The notes beneath the pieces are model-generated. The model was not told the origin of the DNA and ran no database searches. It saw only the letters and a list, made by a program, of their open reading frames with translations. DNA of 64,000 nt. Source: Myxococcales bacterium (lineage in GTDB: Bacteria; Myxococcota_A; Polyangia; Polyangiales; Polyangiaceae). Shown here in pieces: positions 45,020-55,742 of this stretch (positions within the stretch are counted from its first letter, which is position 1; every line of letters starts with the position of its first letter). The position numbers and the translations under genes were made by a program. The DNA is taken from NCBI GenBank assembly GCA_043747615.1, contig JAYTOU010000023.1:96001-160000 (forward strand). Direction: 5' to 3'.

Positions 45020-48000
45020 CTAGACCGAGAGAAGAACCGCCACGGCAGCCTCGCCGGTCGCCGCTGAAACGGCGCGGGCATACATAGTCAACTGTCCTTC
45101 GTATTCCGGCCTCCTCGACGCGATCTCGACGTCGGTCTTGAAGTCCACCACGGTCCAGCGCGGCGCGCCTCCGACGATTTCTCGGAACGCGAGATCTATC
45201 ACCCCTTCGAGCATCGATTCGTCTTCGAGCTTGAGGGACACCTGAGACTCGCGTCGACACTCCCTCCCGGCCGTGTGCGCGCGCACGAGGAGCGGATGAC
45301 GGAGCGCCGCCAGAACCGAGGAGACGGCCGCGGAGATCTCTTCCGCCGTCGCTCCCACGAGGCGCGCTTGCGCTCGCGCGACCTCCTCGACCGCAGCCTG
45401 ATCGCCGGCGAGAGGAACCGTCGCGAGGACGGCATGTACGAGGACGCCGAAGCGCTTTCCGTGCGGGCGACCGCTGCGCGAAGCGTCGGTGCTCTCGAGC
45501 GCGACGACCGCTGATCCGACCGCGGCAGCGCGGAGCTTCGGATCGTTCTTGGCCTCGGTCACCGTGCGCACGCAGAGAGACGGTTTGGAGCCAGAGGCAA
45601 TGGACTGGCTTCTTTTTCCCTGCCATTCGGCGTGCAGGCGTGCGCCTTCTTCGGCCACCGCGCCGCTCTCGTCGGCCGCGAGGATCCTCTGCTGCCGTAG
45701 TCCGACGTCATGATCCTTGTCGAGGTCGAGCGCAAACGGATCCCACCACACGACCTGGTGCTCACCGGCGCGTGGGCGATGGAGGCCTGGCATGACGGAG
45801 TCTTCCACCCGGCGGGTGACGTTGTCCGGTCTCTCACGCACGCTGTCTCCGCCGAATGCTGGGCAGCCCGGCGCCACGGCCGCGTCGCGTCTCTTCGCCG
45901 GGCTAGGATTGACGACGTTATTGAGCACGTCGAGCCAGCCTGAGATTTCTTCGTCTCCGCAGACCGGCACCACCAGGAGCTCGCGCGCCCGCGTCGCGGC
46001 GACGTAGGCAAGCCGGTGGGCCTCCTCGCGATCGTGACGAAGGACTTCTTCGCGGCGCTCTTTGAGCTCGATCGGCGTGCAGCCCGCGAGCGGCATCGCC
46101 CAGAGCTTCTTCTCCGTGTCGACGTAGCGCGACGGATCCCGATGGGTGCTCGGCGCCGTCGGATCGACCAGGATGACCACCGGAAACTCGAGCCCCTTGG
46201 CGCGGTGCACGGTCATGATCCGCACGCCGTCGGTTCCTTCTTCCACCACCGGGGCTTCGGCTGCGCCCCCGCGATCCGCCTCATTTTCAAGGCGATTGAC
46301 GAACGCGCGAAACGAGGTCGCGCCCGAGCTCTCGAAGCGACGCGCGAGATCGAGAACCCGTAGGATGTTGGCGAGCGCTTGCTCTCCCGTGGGCCAAATG
46401 GCGACGCCGGCGTGGGCGCGGGTGGCTTCGAGCAGCTGGGTGATGGTGTCGGCGATGGGGCGTCGATTTCTTCCGTGATGGAGCTTTCCGAGGATGCCAA
46501 GCGCGTCCGCGACCTGGCGCGTTAGCTCAGTGAGCGTCGTCTCGTCGCAGCGCCTCAAGGTGTGCAAGCTCCCTTGGGTGCTCCGGAACGCGAGGAGAGC
46601 GTCGTCGGCGATCGCGAAGAAGGGGCCGCGCAGCGTGGCAAAGACGCTGAGCTCGTCGTCGGGCCACTCGACAGCAGTGAGAGCATTCCGGATGGCCATC
46701 ACCTCTTCGCGCGCGTGGTACGAGCGGCCGCCGACGAGCACGTGAGGAATGCGTCGCGCTTCGAGGGCACGCACGTACCCGCGGGTCACGTCTTCGCCGA
46801 AGTTCTGAAACCGCTTGAAAAGTAGGCAAATGTGACGCGCGTCGATCGGTACTTCGATGTCGGGTCTGTCGCGCTCGGTCAGCGTCCAGCCGCTCTTGTT
46901 GATGACGAAGTCGACGAACGCTCCGACGGCATCGGGCAAGGATTCGTCGACCCTCCAGCTCACGATCTTCCCGTAGTCGCCATACGGACGGGGCACCGGG
47001 AGGGCGATCACCGTCGGCCGGTTCGGCTCCTTGCGATACGGCTGAAGCCCCACGTACGTCGCCTGACTGCCGTCCGCGCTTCCCTGCATGATCGGCGCGA
47101 ACGCCGCGTTCACCGCTTGCTGAATGGACGGCGCGCTCCGGAAGCTGGTGGTCAGGTTCAAGACTTCGCCGCCGAAGGCGACCAGGCGCCGCTTGGTCAT
47201 CTCGTAGAGAGCCACATCGGCCCGGCGAAAGCGGTAGATCGACTGCTTCGGATCTCCGACCACGAAGAGCTTTCCGCGGACGGGGCGCGCGACCGTGAAG
47301 TCGGTCTCCTGGGGATCGTCGGCCGCGAGCAGGAGGAGGATCTCCGCCTGGAGCGGGTCGGTGTCCTGGAATTCGTCGACCAAGAGATGCGTGTACTTTA
47401 CCTGCAACTCCTTCCGCACGACCGCGTCGTCCCGAATGAGATCCCGCGTCACCACCAGCAGATCGAGGAAATCGAGCTTCCCTGCGCGGGCTTTGAGCTT
47501 TTCGTACTCCACGACCAACGGCTTGAGCTCGGCATGAAGGCACGCCGCCAGATCGGCGTCGACCGCTTCGAGGACGGAATCGAGCTCGGCCTTCACCGCT
47601 GCGCGCTCATCCATGACCGTCTGCCGCTCGAGGCCCTTGCAGAAGTAGCGTCCGCTTCCCTTCCACTCCCAGCCCTTGATCCGCGACAGCGCGCGGAGCT
47701 CGGCTTCGAGGCCGTCGTAGTCGCGCGGGCGGACTTCTTCACGGCGGGTGAGCTCTTTGAACCAGCGATCGATGTCGCCGAGGTTCTTGGCAAGCCAGCT
47801 GTCCTTCCAGTCGGCGCGATCGGCGAGCGCTCCTAGTTTTTCGATCTTGAGGAGAACGGCGTCCATCCTCTGCGGACGATCGATCGGATCGCGCCTCCAC
47901 CGCGTGCCAAAGTCGCGCTGCTCGATGAGCGCCGCTCCCGCGCCCCGAAGAGCCGAACGCGGTCCACTCGCATCGCGGTCGCGCGACCGACGACGGAGCA

Positions 48001-48481
48001 TTCGCCGCACGCCTTCTCCGGGATCGTTCAGCTCCCTCTGGAACCAGCGCTCGAAGCACTCCTCGTAGATCCGCTCTTTCTCGTCCTCGGCGGCCACTTC
48101 GAATAGCGGATCGATCTTGGCCTCGACCGGTCGCTCGCGAAGGAGGTCGGAGCAGAAGCCGTGAATGGTCCCGATGTGCGCGGCCTCGAGCTCGGCCAGA
48201 GCGTGATCGAAGCAGGCCCTCTCCGCGGTCGTGGTGTCGGCGTGAACACGGGCGCGCTCGATCTCCGTTCGCAACCGGAGCTTCATCTCCCCGGCCGCCT
48301 TCTCGGTGAAGGTCACCGCAACGAGCTTTCCGAGAGTAGTTTTGCCGGTGCGGAGAAGCGAAAGGATCCGGCCGACGAGCTCGGTCGTCTTCCCCGTCCC
48401 CGCGGCTGCCTCGACGATCAGCGTAGCTTCGAGATCATTCCGGATGCGCGCGCGCGCGTCGCCGTCGGCAAGCATCGTCAT
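45020..48481 (-). CDS. addA: AddA-like UvrD helicase with C-terminal RecB-type nuclease
   Basis: AAAGTGKT, TFTEKAA, DEFQD, VGDPKQSIYRFR, MTVHRAKGLEF, YVAATRA, GVIDL...DFKT...QL..Y. Confidence 0.85.
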   Translation of the reverse strand: MTMLADGDARARIRNDLEATLIVEAAAGTGKTTELVGRILSLLRTGKTTLGKLVAVTFTEKAAGEMKLRLRTEIERARVHADTTTAERACFDHALAELEAAHIGTIHGFCSDLLRERPVEAKIDPLFEVAAEDEKERIYEECFERWFQRELNDPGEGVRRMLRRRSRDRDASGPRSALRGAGAALIEQRDFGTRWRRDPIDRPQRMDAVLLKIEKLGALADRADWKDSWLAKNLGDIDRWFKELTRREEVRPRDYDGLEAELRALSRIKGWEWKGSGRYFCKGLERQTVMDERAAVKAELDSVLEAVDADLAACLHAELKPLVVEYEKLKARAGKLDFLDLLVVTRDLIRDDAVVRKELQVKYTHLLVDEFQDTDPLQAEILLLLAADDPQETDFTVARPVRGKLFVVGDPKQSIYRFRRADVALYEMTKRRLVAFGGEVLNLTTSFRSAPSIQQAVNAAFAPIMQGSADGSQATYVGLQPYRKEPNRPTVIALPVPRPYGDYGKIVSWRVDESLPDAVGAFVDFVINKSGWTLTERDRPDIEVPIDARHICLLFKRFQNFGEDVTRGYVRALEARRIPHVLVGGRSYHAREEVMAIRNALTAVEWPDDELSVFATLRGPFFAIADDALLAFRSTQGSLHTLRRCDETTLTELTRQVADALGILGKLHHGRNRRPIADTITQLLEATRAHAGVAIWPTGEQALANILRVLDLARRFESSGATSFRAFVNRLENEADRGGAAEAPVVEEGTDGVRIMTVHRAKGLEFPVVILVDPTAPSTHRDPSRYVDTEKKLWAMPLAGCTPIELKERREEVLRHDREEAHRLAYVAATRARELLVVPVCGDEEISGWLDVLNNVVNPSPAKRRDAAVAPGCPAFGGDSVRERPDNVTRRVEDSVMPGLHRPRAGEHQVVWWDPFALDLDKDHDVGLRQQRILAADESGAVAEEGARLHAEWQGKRSQSIASGSKPSLCVRTVTEAKNDPKLRAAAVGSAVVALESTDASRSGRPHGKRFGVLVHAVLATVPLAGDQAAVEEVARAQARLVGATAEEISAAVSSVLAALRHPLLVRAHTAGRECRRESQVSLKLEDESMLEGVIDLAFREIVGGAPRWTVVDFKTDVEIASRRPEYEGQLTMYARAVSAATGEAAVAVLLSV

Positions 48482-51400
48482 GGTCGTCTCCGAAGCTGGA
48501 CGAGCGGCAGGAGCTTATCTTGCTTCTTAACTTTGCTGGTGCGGTGCTCTTCGTAGGGGCCGCATACCCGGAGGTAGTCGCAGTACTGGCAGGCGCCTTT
48601 GGCGGGCGCGGCGGGCAAGAAGGACTCGCTCAGGGCACGTCCGATGGTGCTCACGACGGCGGCAGCGGCCTCGCGTGCACCGGCGTCGAAGGCAACGTCG
48701 ACGGGCTCGAACTCACCGGCCGAGGTGCAAAAGTAAAGGCGTCCGCTATCGATCCGTTCGCCAGGAAAAAGTTTCTCTGCCGCCAGCGCGTAGAAGACCG
48801 GCTGCAGTGTCTGCCCACCGCCGATCACCAGATCGCCCTTCACTCGCTTTTTTCCGGTCTTGTAGTCAGTGGCGCGAAGGGCACCGTCGGCGCGTCGCTC
48901 GATGAGATCGATTGACCCGCGAAGCTTCATTCCCACACTGAGCTCGAGCGGCTGGTCGTCGCTCCTGGGGTCGCGCTTGTCTTTCTGGTCCGGCGGGAGC
49001 CCGAAGGCGAGCTCGAAGTAAGCGGGGACCCACGTGGTGTCGTGCTTCGAGAGTCGGAGAAACTCCCGCAAATCAGCTCTGATCGAGGTGATTCCATCTT
49101 GCCACACACGCTCGATTGCCGGAGCGAGATCGTCTTTGTAGCGCTCCGCTTCCTCGTCGAGTGTTTGCTCGAGGGTAGCGAGCGCGGCATCGAAATTCGT
49201 CACGGTGACTGGGAGCTGCCCCGCCGCTCGCAGCTTTCCGTAGAACTTGAAGAGCACGTCGTGAATGAGCGAGCCTCGCTGCAGAGGATCGAGCTCCTCG
49301 AGCGGCGCAGGGTCCTCGCGCGCAGACAAACGATGAATAGCCTGGAGAACGAAGCGGTACGGGCACGCGGCGTAGTTCTGGAGAGCCGTCGGCGAGAACG
49401 AGCGCGCTTCGAAGGTGTGTTTGGCGAGCGCGGCCTTCGCCTCGGCGTGGGGCTCGACGATACCGTCGGCGTAGGTGAACTTCTTCAGCCAACGATTGGC
49501 GCGAAAGCGAAGAGCACGCGCGAGATGCGCATTGGCGGAAAGAAGGTAGCGTGCCGTCCCCACCGTGTCCGCCTCGGGCCTCTTGAAGAGCGACTCGAGG
49601 AGCGCGAGATCGTGCTCCGCTTCATCGATGGCGTCGACCGAGCGCGCGGGCGCCGGCCACCCGAGGCGAGCGGCACCAACCGTTTCTGCGCGGCGAGCGA
49701 GCTCATCGAACCCTGGCAATTTCCCTTCCGCGGCACGCAGCACCTCGAGCCCGTAAAACGACGGCGTACGAGGACGCGACTGCTCCATGTCGAGGCGCGG
49801 GTACGAAAAAACGAGACGCTTCGTCGCCGCTCCGGTGGCGATGCGGAGGGCCAAGCGTTCCTCGGCCGCGCGCTCGTCGTTGGTTGGAAGGAGCCTGCCG
49901 ATCTTCTTTCGCGCCGCGTCCGGCAAGATCGGATCTTGGCTCACCTTCTGGGGAAATATTTTCTCTGCCAGCCCGGGGATGAACACCACCTCGAAGGAGA
50001 GCCCGCGGGCTTCCTCGATTGATGCAATATACACGTGTCCGCTTCGCCGCCCGGTGGGCCTGACGACGAGCTCCGAGAGTCGCCGCTCGAGCACCATCCG
50101 CACCTCGCTCAACTCGACGGGTCCAATGGCATTCATCGGGTCGAGCTCGGCCAAAACGGCGAGCACGCGATCGGGCTGACGGAGAGAGCGGGTCGCGAGC
50201 GCCGAGAGAGAATCGAGCCATTTCTCCCAGGTGGCAGCCGTGGGCAGTGCGCTCATCGCCTCGAGCAGAGGTAGAGCGTACCCGCGCAGAGCCTCGAGAT
50301 CCGACAGGTCGCGCCGGATGCGATCGGCGTCGGCGGGCTCCGGATTGGTCGCCTCTTTTTGCTCGAGCTCCTTACGAAGCGCCTCGAGACGCCGCGTCCA
50401 TCGGTCGAGGCCGCCGATGACGGCGCTCTCTACGAGAAGCCGCTCCCAGCGACGCGGGGTGCGCAAGGTTCCATCGAGCACCGCGACCACCTCGGGGCGG
50501 GGCGAGGTCGCCGCGTCACTCGTCTCTTCGGGTGCAGCTCCCGCGCGGGCGATGGCTTCGGGAATGAGGTCGACCTCCGGCGGCACCCACCGATCACCGG
50601 GGGCAGCAGCCGGCGGAGGGGCGCCCTTCTCTGTGGCGTCGGCAACCTCGCCGAGAGAAAGATATTCTGCGAATCGGCGCGCAGACAGGCCGTCCGCTGC
50701 GCAGGCAAGGAGCGCGAGAAACGCTCGTCCGGTGGGATCGGGACGCACCGTTCCACGCGCAAAATAGGCGGGAATGCTCGCGCGGCGAAGGGCTTCTTCC
50801 ACGTGCGCGCGGTATTGCGGTGGTGAGCGAAGGAGGATCGCCATCGCGTCGAAGGGTGTCCCCCGCTCCGACTCCCTACGGATGCGGCGCGCGATCTCGA
50901 CGCACTCGCGGCTCTCGCCAGGGGCAGAAAGAATTTCCATTTCCTCGCCAGCCGCGTCCGCGGTCATCGCTCGTTCGACGGAGAAGAGGCGTGACTGCAG
51001 CCGCGTCAGCCCCGGCACCTCTTGCTCTCCCGCATCTGGGCGTGCGTCGGTGGTGCTCATCGCGTCACGAAGATGAAGGAGCGTGCGGTCATCGCCCTCG
51101 GGCACCGTGGCAAGCACCTCTCCCGCGCAACGGGCGAGCGCTGCCACCAGATCCCGTTCGCGGACGTTGGCGACGGGCGCATCGAGGAGAAGCAGCGGGA
51201 TCCCGAGAACGGCGTTCGAGCACGAGGCGTCGTTCGCGGCATCGGCAGCGAGCGCGAGCACGCACGCTCTATCGGCGAGCTTGGCGAACGTCAGCTCCTG
51301 GCTGTACGCGGCGAGCAGGCGCGCGAGGTCTTCGTCTTCAAGCGGCTCTTTTTCAGGGTCACCGAGCGCGGCGAGACGAAGCTCGTCGAGCGTGCGCATG

Positions 51401-51753
51401 AGCGCGCGCGGTAAGCCGGGACGCTCGGCGATCGGGACGAAGCGACCGAGCGACGCGCCGAGAACGTGCACGAGACGCGCGCAGAGAGCCTCGAGGGGAA
51501 GCGCGCCGACCGGGGTCAGACCTCGAGCGGCGAGGGCGGGACCGGCGAGCGCACCCGCCACGCGACCAAGAGTGAGTCGCTCCCAGCCGAACGACGATCC
51601 GAGATCTCGCGCAACGGACCGGGAGACATGACTGGTCGCCTCCGCGGATCCGATGATGAGCACGCGCTCCGAGCGGCCGCGGGCGACGAGCCACTGCGCC
51701 GCCGACGCCAGGCGACGCGACGCCACCGGCGAGACGACGATCTGCTTCTTCAA
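48478..51753 (-). CDS. addB: AddB-like subunit with PD-(D/E)xK nuclease and Fe-S cysteines
   Basis: ARGLSF, SPTAL...CPYRF, RGSIDLIE, DYKTG, CQYCDYLRVC; start uncertain (TTG 51753 or 51765). Confidence 0.8.
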   Translation of the reverse strand: MKKQIVVSPVASRRLASAAQWLVARGRSERVLIIGSAEATSHVSRSVARDLGSSFGWERLTLGRVAGALAGPALAARGLTPVGALPLEALCARLVHVLGASLGRFVPIAERPGLPRALMRTLDELRLAALGDPEKEPLEDEDLARLLAAYSQELTFAKLADRACVLALAADAANDASCSNAVLGIPLLLLDAPVANVRERDLVAALARCAGEVLATVPEGDDRTLLHLRDAMSTTDARPDAGEQEVPGLTRLQSRLFSVERAMTADAAGEEMEILSAPGESRECVEIARRIRRESERGTPFDAMAILLRSPPQYRAHVEEALRRASIPAYFARGTVRPDPTGRAFLALLACAADGLSARRFAEYLSLGEVADATEKGAPPPAAAPGDRWVPPEVDLIPEAIARAGAAPEETSDAATSPRPEVVAVLDGTLRTPRRWERLLVESAVIGGLDRWTRRLEALRKELEQKEATNPEPADADRIRRDLSDLEALRGYALPLLEAMSALPTAATWEKWLDSLSALATRSLRQPDRVLAVLAELDPMNAIGPVELSEVRMVLERRLSELVVRPTGRRSGHVYIASIEEARGLSFEVVFIPGLAEKIFPQKVSQDPILPDAARKKIGRLLPTNDERAAEERLALRIATGAATKRLVFSYPRLDMEQSRPRTPSFYGLEVLRAAEGKLPGFDELARRAETVGAARLGWPAPARSVDAIDEAEHDLALLESLFKRPEADTVGTARYLLSANAHLARALRFRANRWLKKFTYADGIVEPHAEAKAALAKHTFEARSFSPTALQNYAACPYRFVLQAIHRLSAREDPAPLEELDPLQRGSLIHDVLFKFYGKLRAAGQLPVTVTNFDAALATLEQTLDEEAERYKDDLAPAIERVWQDGITSIRADLREFLRLSKHDTTWVPAYFELAFGLPPDQKDKRDPRSDDQPLELSVGMKLRGSIDLIERRADGALRATDYKTGKKRVKGDLVIGGGQTLQPVFYALAAEKLFPGERIDSGRLYFCTSAGEFEPVDVAFDAGAREAAAAVVSTIGRALSESFLPAAPAKGACQYCDYLRVCGPYEEHRTSKVKKQDKLLPLVQLRRRP

Positions 51754-52535
51754 TCGTGGATCCAAACTCCACCAAGGGTGACCCAGCCTGCTTCCAGGGG
51801 AGAGCGCCCGGTAGCATTGTCTTTGACGAGGGTGACGGTGCATCCCGGTTTGTGGCCAAGCACGGTCACTGGATCACCCGCGGAAAGCCCAGTGATCGTC
51901 GCTTTGCCTCCCGTAGTCGTGGCGGTGCCGGTGGTGGCCACGGGCACGGAGTCGGCCGAGAAATAGGTGACCACCGCTTCGGGATGACCCATCACGTCGA
52001 ACGTCGTCCCGTCGAGCGCATTGCACGCGCCGTGGCCTCCGTCCTTGAACATGTTGAGGAAGATGGTGGTCGAGGTCGCCGAGTAACCCGGGATAAGCGC
52101 AGTGAGAAGCGCCGGTGGCAACGTAAGCGCGACGGCGGGCGTGTCGACCTTGAAGAGCTGTTCGGGGGTGAGCGTCTTCGCGTACGACTTGGCTTCGACT
52201 CGGCCGTAGAACGGGACGTTCTGCGCAATGCGACCGTTCATCGTCCCGTCGTGCGCGCTCGTGAGCGCGATGCCAGGACACAGCGGAGAAGTGAGGACGG
52301 CGCCTTCGACGAGCGGAGCCGGCGGGTTCAGGGTGACGCCGCTGACCACGATGCCGACCGTCACGTAGGGGGCCGCGCCGCACGCCGGAAGCTCTGGCCC
52401 GGTGCCATTCGCCTCGCCGGACGAAGCGTCGTCGCCACCTGCGTCAGCGCTCGTGGCCGATGCCTGCTTTGACGAACAGCCGCAAATTATAGCGGATCCG
52501 CACGCGACAGAGATGATCGCCAGCCAGGGCCTCAT
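51750..52535 (-). CDS. Hypothetical lipoprotein (beta-rich)
   Basis: ICGC lipobox; overlaps the addB-like start. Confidence 0.7.
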   Translation of the reverse strand: MRPWLAIISVACGSAIICGCSSKQASATSADAGGDDASSGEANGTGPELPACGAAPYVTVGIVVSGVTLNPPAPLVEGAVLTSPLCPGIALTSAHDGTMNGRIAQNVPFYGRVEAKSYAKTLTPEQLFKVDTPAVALTLPPALLTALIPGYSATSTTIFLNMFKDGGHGACNALDGTTFDVMGHPEAVVTYFSADSVPVATTGTATTTGGKATITGLSAGDPVTVLGHKPGCTVTLVKDNATGRSPLEAGWVTLGGVWIHD

Positions 52536-52575
52536 CGCGACGTTCTAGCACAGGTCTACCTTAGGGCGCTCAGCT

Positions 52576-54069
52576 TCACCGACCGCCACCCTTGCCCTTC
52601 CCCTTTGGATTCGCGGGGGCGGGCGAAGGCGATGGGGCGAGCGCGGAAGCCGGAGACGCGACGACACTTGTGGCGTGATGCGCTGCCGAAGACGCAGGGG
52701 CTCCCGCGGCTGCCTGCGGTGCCGAAGCCGCGGCGCTCGTGGACGGCACCTCGTTGCTCTCTGCTTTCGGCCCCACCACGGCGGGACGGTCGAAGTACAA
52801 CCCGAGGGCGACGGCCGTCGCGGCGAAGAGGAAACCTCCGACCACCAGGATGACCCAAAGCCACGGCGACAAAGCAGATGCTTTCTTCTTTGAGATCGGC
52901 GGCGAGGGCGCGGGACGCGGCTGCGAGACGGGCGCTGCGCTCGCAGCAGCTCGCACGAGACGCTGGGTGATCTGCCTCACCGGCAAGACCGCTGCCTGGG
53001 CAGACAGCATGGTCCTCGGTTGCGGCGCGCGGACCGGAGCGGGATCCGAATTCGGACGCGCCCGCGGGCTCGCGATGTGTGTCTCCGGCGAGAGCGACTG
53101 CGGCGGTCCCTCCTGGGCAGTCATCACCTCCGAGGGCGAATCGACGACGGTCGCCGGCGCGGAGGCTGCCGTCTGAAGCGAGAGTGCGGGGCTCGACGGT
53201 GCAGGTTTGAGCCAGGTGGCGATGGCCTCCGCCATTTCCTGCGCGGTGGAGAACCTATCCGCGGGATCTTTGCGAAGCGCGCGATCCACGATCTTGCCGA
53301 GGCGCGGATCAATCTCGGGGCAGGCGAGCGCGAGGGGCTGCGGCTCGGTCACCTGGATCGCGACCTCGAGGTCATTGCGATCCGGCAACTCCAGAGGGCG
53401 CCGACCAGTTATTGCATAATACATACATGCCCCGACCGCGTAGAGATCGGCTCGACCGTCGACCACATCGCCGCGCGCTTGCTCGGGGGCCATGTACGAG
53501 AGCGTGCCGAGCACCGTGCCGACAGTGGTGAGGGGGCCTTCGTCGGTGTCCCGCAGGAGCTTGGCGATGCCGAAATCGAGCACCTTTACGAGATCGTTCA
53601 TCGCCGACGTCGAGCTGAGAAAGATGTTGTCCGGCTTGATGTCCCGATGGACGATCTTCGCGTCATGGGCCGCGGCGAGCGCCGAGAGCACCTGAGAGGC
53701 GATGAAGGCAGCGCGCTTCGGGGCGATCCGCTTCTCTTCTTTCATCAGCTCGCGAAACGACTTTCCGGTGAGGTACTCCATCACCAGAAACGGAGGCTCC
53801 CCGGCATTCACCTGGAAGTCGGTGACGTGGACGATGTTCGGATGTCCGAGCGCAGCGGCTGCCTGGGCTTCGCGCTTGAAACGCTCCACGAGGTCCGGGT
53901 CGAGGGCGAGGTGCGAATGCAAGACCTTGACGGCCACGCGGCGATTCAGATCCTCTTGGACGGCCTCGTAGACCGCGCCCATCCCCCCCGCCCCCATAAG
54001 GCGGATGATCTTGTAGCGCCCTCCAAGCACGGATCCGACGAGCTCGGAGGTTTGGGCGTTCGCGTCCAT
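52576..54069 (-). CDS. Membrane-anchored Ser/Thr protein kinase
   Basis: GAGGMG, VAVK, HRDIKPDN, DFG, APE; C-terminal TM. Confidence 0.93.
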   Translation of the reverse strand: MDANAQTSELVGSVLGGRYKIIRLMGAGGMGAVYEAVQEDLNRRVAVKVLHSHLALDPDLVERFKREAQAAAALGHPNIVHVTDFQVNAGEPPFLVMEYLTGKSFRELMKEEKRIAPKRAAFIASQVLSALAAAHDAKIVHRDIKPDNIFLSSTSAMNDLVKVLDFGIAKLLRDTDEGPLTTVGTVLGTLSYMAPEQARGDVVDGRADLYAVGACMYYAITGRRPLELPDRNDLEVAIQVTEPQPLALACPEIDPRLGKIVDRALRKDPADRFSTAQEMAEAIATWLKPAPSSPALSLQTAASAPATVVDSPSEVMTAQEGPPQSLSPETHIASPRARPNSDPAPVRAPQPRTMLSAQAAVLPVRQITQRLVRAAASAAPVSQPRPAPSPPISKKKASALSPWLWVILVVGGFLFAATAVALGLYFDRPAVVGPKAESNEVPSTSAAASAPQAAAGAPASSAAHHATSVVASPASALAPSPSPAPANPKGKGKGGGR

Positions 54070-54125
54070 TCAGCCGGTACTCTAGTCCTGTTTTTTCGCG
54101 GCCTGGAGCTCCTCGTCGAAGGCGT

Positions 54126-54797
54126 CTACGGTTCGAGCCCCGCGAACTCCGGCGGCGCGAGATCCTTGCTGACCACGACGCCGCCGCAGGAACCGGCGGA
54201 AGAAATCGCGAAACGCATGCCCGCTCGGTCGCCCTTCCAGACGTAGGCCTCGTTCGGGAGCGTCGCCATCTTTTGCGGCGGACCAAAATCGTTCTTGAGC
54301 GCACCAGCGACGGTCTTGCAATCGCTGGTCAATCGCACGCCGAACCCGATCGTAGCGAGGCGACCTTTTTGAAACGTGTAATTTACATCCTTCAGCAGGA
54401 TGCCGGAGTAGCTGCGGTCGCTGGCGAGCTTGTAGGACGCGCGGTCCCCGTTCTTTTCGGTTTGCTTGAGGCCGCGAATGTCTTTCACCTTGGCGCCGAA
54501 GCTGACTCCGAGAAAGCCGTTCTTTGCGTCGAGCTTGGGGGAGCCCGCGACGACATCAGGGGTCGTCGCCTTGGTGTCCGCGGGGGCCTCGGCAGGTGTC
54601 GAAGGCTTCTCGGCAGGCTTCGGATCTTTGTCGGAGCTCGGAGACGACGGCGGAGACGAGCCCGACTCCGCCTTCGATGGCGGCGGCGTAGCTTTGAAGT
54701 CTCGAAGCGCGACCTCCGCCGGACGCTGTCGGACCGGTGCGGACGCGCACGCCATCAGACCCAGCGAAAGTACGAAAAACCCCCTCATGTTCGTCAT
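54126..54797 (-). CDS. Hypothetical lipoprotein
   Basis: LMAC lipobox, Pro/Ser/Lys linker, globular C-terminus. Confidence 0.7.
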   Translation of the reverse strand: MTNMRGFFVLSLGLMACASAPVRQRPAEVALRDFKATPPPSKAESGSSPPSSPSSDKDPKPAEKPSTPAEAPADTKATTPDVVAGSPKLDAKNGFLGVSFGAKVKDIRGLKQTEKNGDRASYKLASDRSYSGILLKDVNYTFQKGRLATIGFGVRLTSDCKTVAGALKNDFGPPQKMATLPNEAYVWKGDRAGMRFAISSAGSCGGVVVSKDLAPPEFAGLEP

Positions 54798-54810
54798 TGT
54801 GTCACTCGCT

Positions 54811-55707
54811 TCACTCGCCGGATGCTCGCTTCTTCGTGGGTTTGGATTTCTTCGCGGGCTTCGTTTCCTCGAGGTCCGCCTGATGTTTAGCGCTGACGTC
54901 CGCTTTCTTCACGCCACCCTTGGCGCCGTTGAGGGAGCGCGCGAGAAGCTCGGCGAGGTCGATGACCTTACCACCTTGGCTCTTGGCGACGACTTCCTCC
55001 ACTTCGCCGCCTCCCTTCTTCGTCTCCTCTGCGGCGACTTTTTCGTCCACCGCCGCTTCCACTGCGGCGCGGTATTCGTCGGGGTGTCGCGCGGGATCGA
55101 AGGGCGCGGTGAGCGTGCTCACCAGATCGAGGGCAAGCTGCGTTTCCCGCGCGGTCATCGGCTTCCCATCAGGGAGGACGATGTCGTCGTCTGCAACCAG
55201 CTCGTCGGCGAAGCGCATCATGTCGAGCGAGAATAGCCGACCGCGGGGCCGCAGCATGGCCAGCCGGGTGCGCGTCCGGATCCGCACCTTGGCGAGAGCG
55301 ACCTTCCCGCTGCTGCGCAGGGCCTCCCGCAGAAGATTGAAGCTGTGGCCGCTCTTGCCGCCCGGGCCGACCCAGTAGCTCTTGTCGATGTAGGCGAGGT
55401 CGACCTCGCTCGGGTCGATGAACTCCACGATGTCGACGCCGCCCGCGGCCTCGTCCCCTTCGAGCTTCGCCAACTCCTCTTTGGTGAAGAGAGCGTACTC
55501 GCCCTTGGAGACCTCGTAGCCTTTGCCGATCTCCGAATATTCCACGTCGCGCGCGCACTTCGGGCATCGCCGCACGAGGTTGATACGCGTGCCGCACTCC
55601 TTGTGGAGCTGATTGAACTGCGGTGTCAGGTCTTTCGTCGCCGAGTAAAGCTTGGCGGGAATGGTGACGAGCCCGAAGGAAATTTCTCCTGACCACATCG
55701 CGCGCAT
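54811..55707 (-). CDS. ku: Ku protein (non-homologous end joining)
   Basis: MRAMWSGEISFGLVTIP, KGYE, DEY, VIDL..LL.RSL, basic tail. Confidence 0.95.
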   Translation of the reverse strand: MRAMWSGEISFGLVTIPAKLYSATKDLTPQFNQLHKECGTRINLVRRCPKCARDVEYSEIGKGYEVSKGEYALFTKEELAKLEGDEAAGGVDIVEFIDPSEVDLAYIDKSYWVGPGGKSGHSFNLLREALRSSGKVALAKVRIRTRTRLAMLRPRGRLFSLDMMRFADELVADDDIVLPDGKPMTARETQLALDLVSTLTAPFDPARHPDEYRAAVEAAVDEKVAAEETKKGGGEVEEVVAKSQGGKVIDLAELLARSLNGAKGGVKKADVSAKHQADLEETKPAKKSKPTKKRASGE

Positions 55708-55742
55708 CGCTGCAATCTCCTCAAAACCAGATAAAAAAGTCT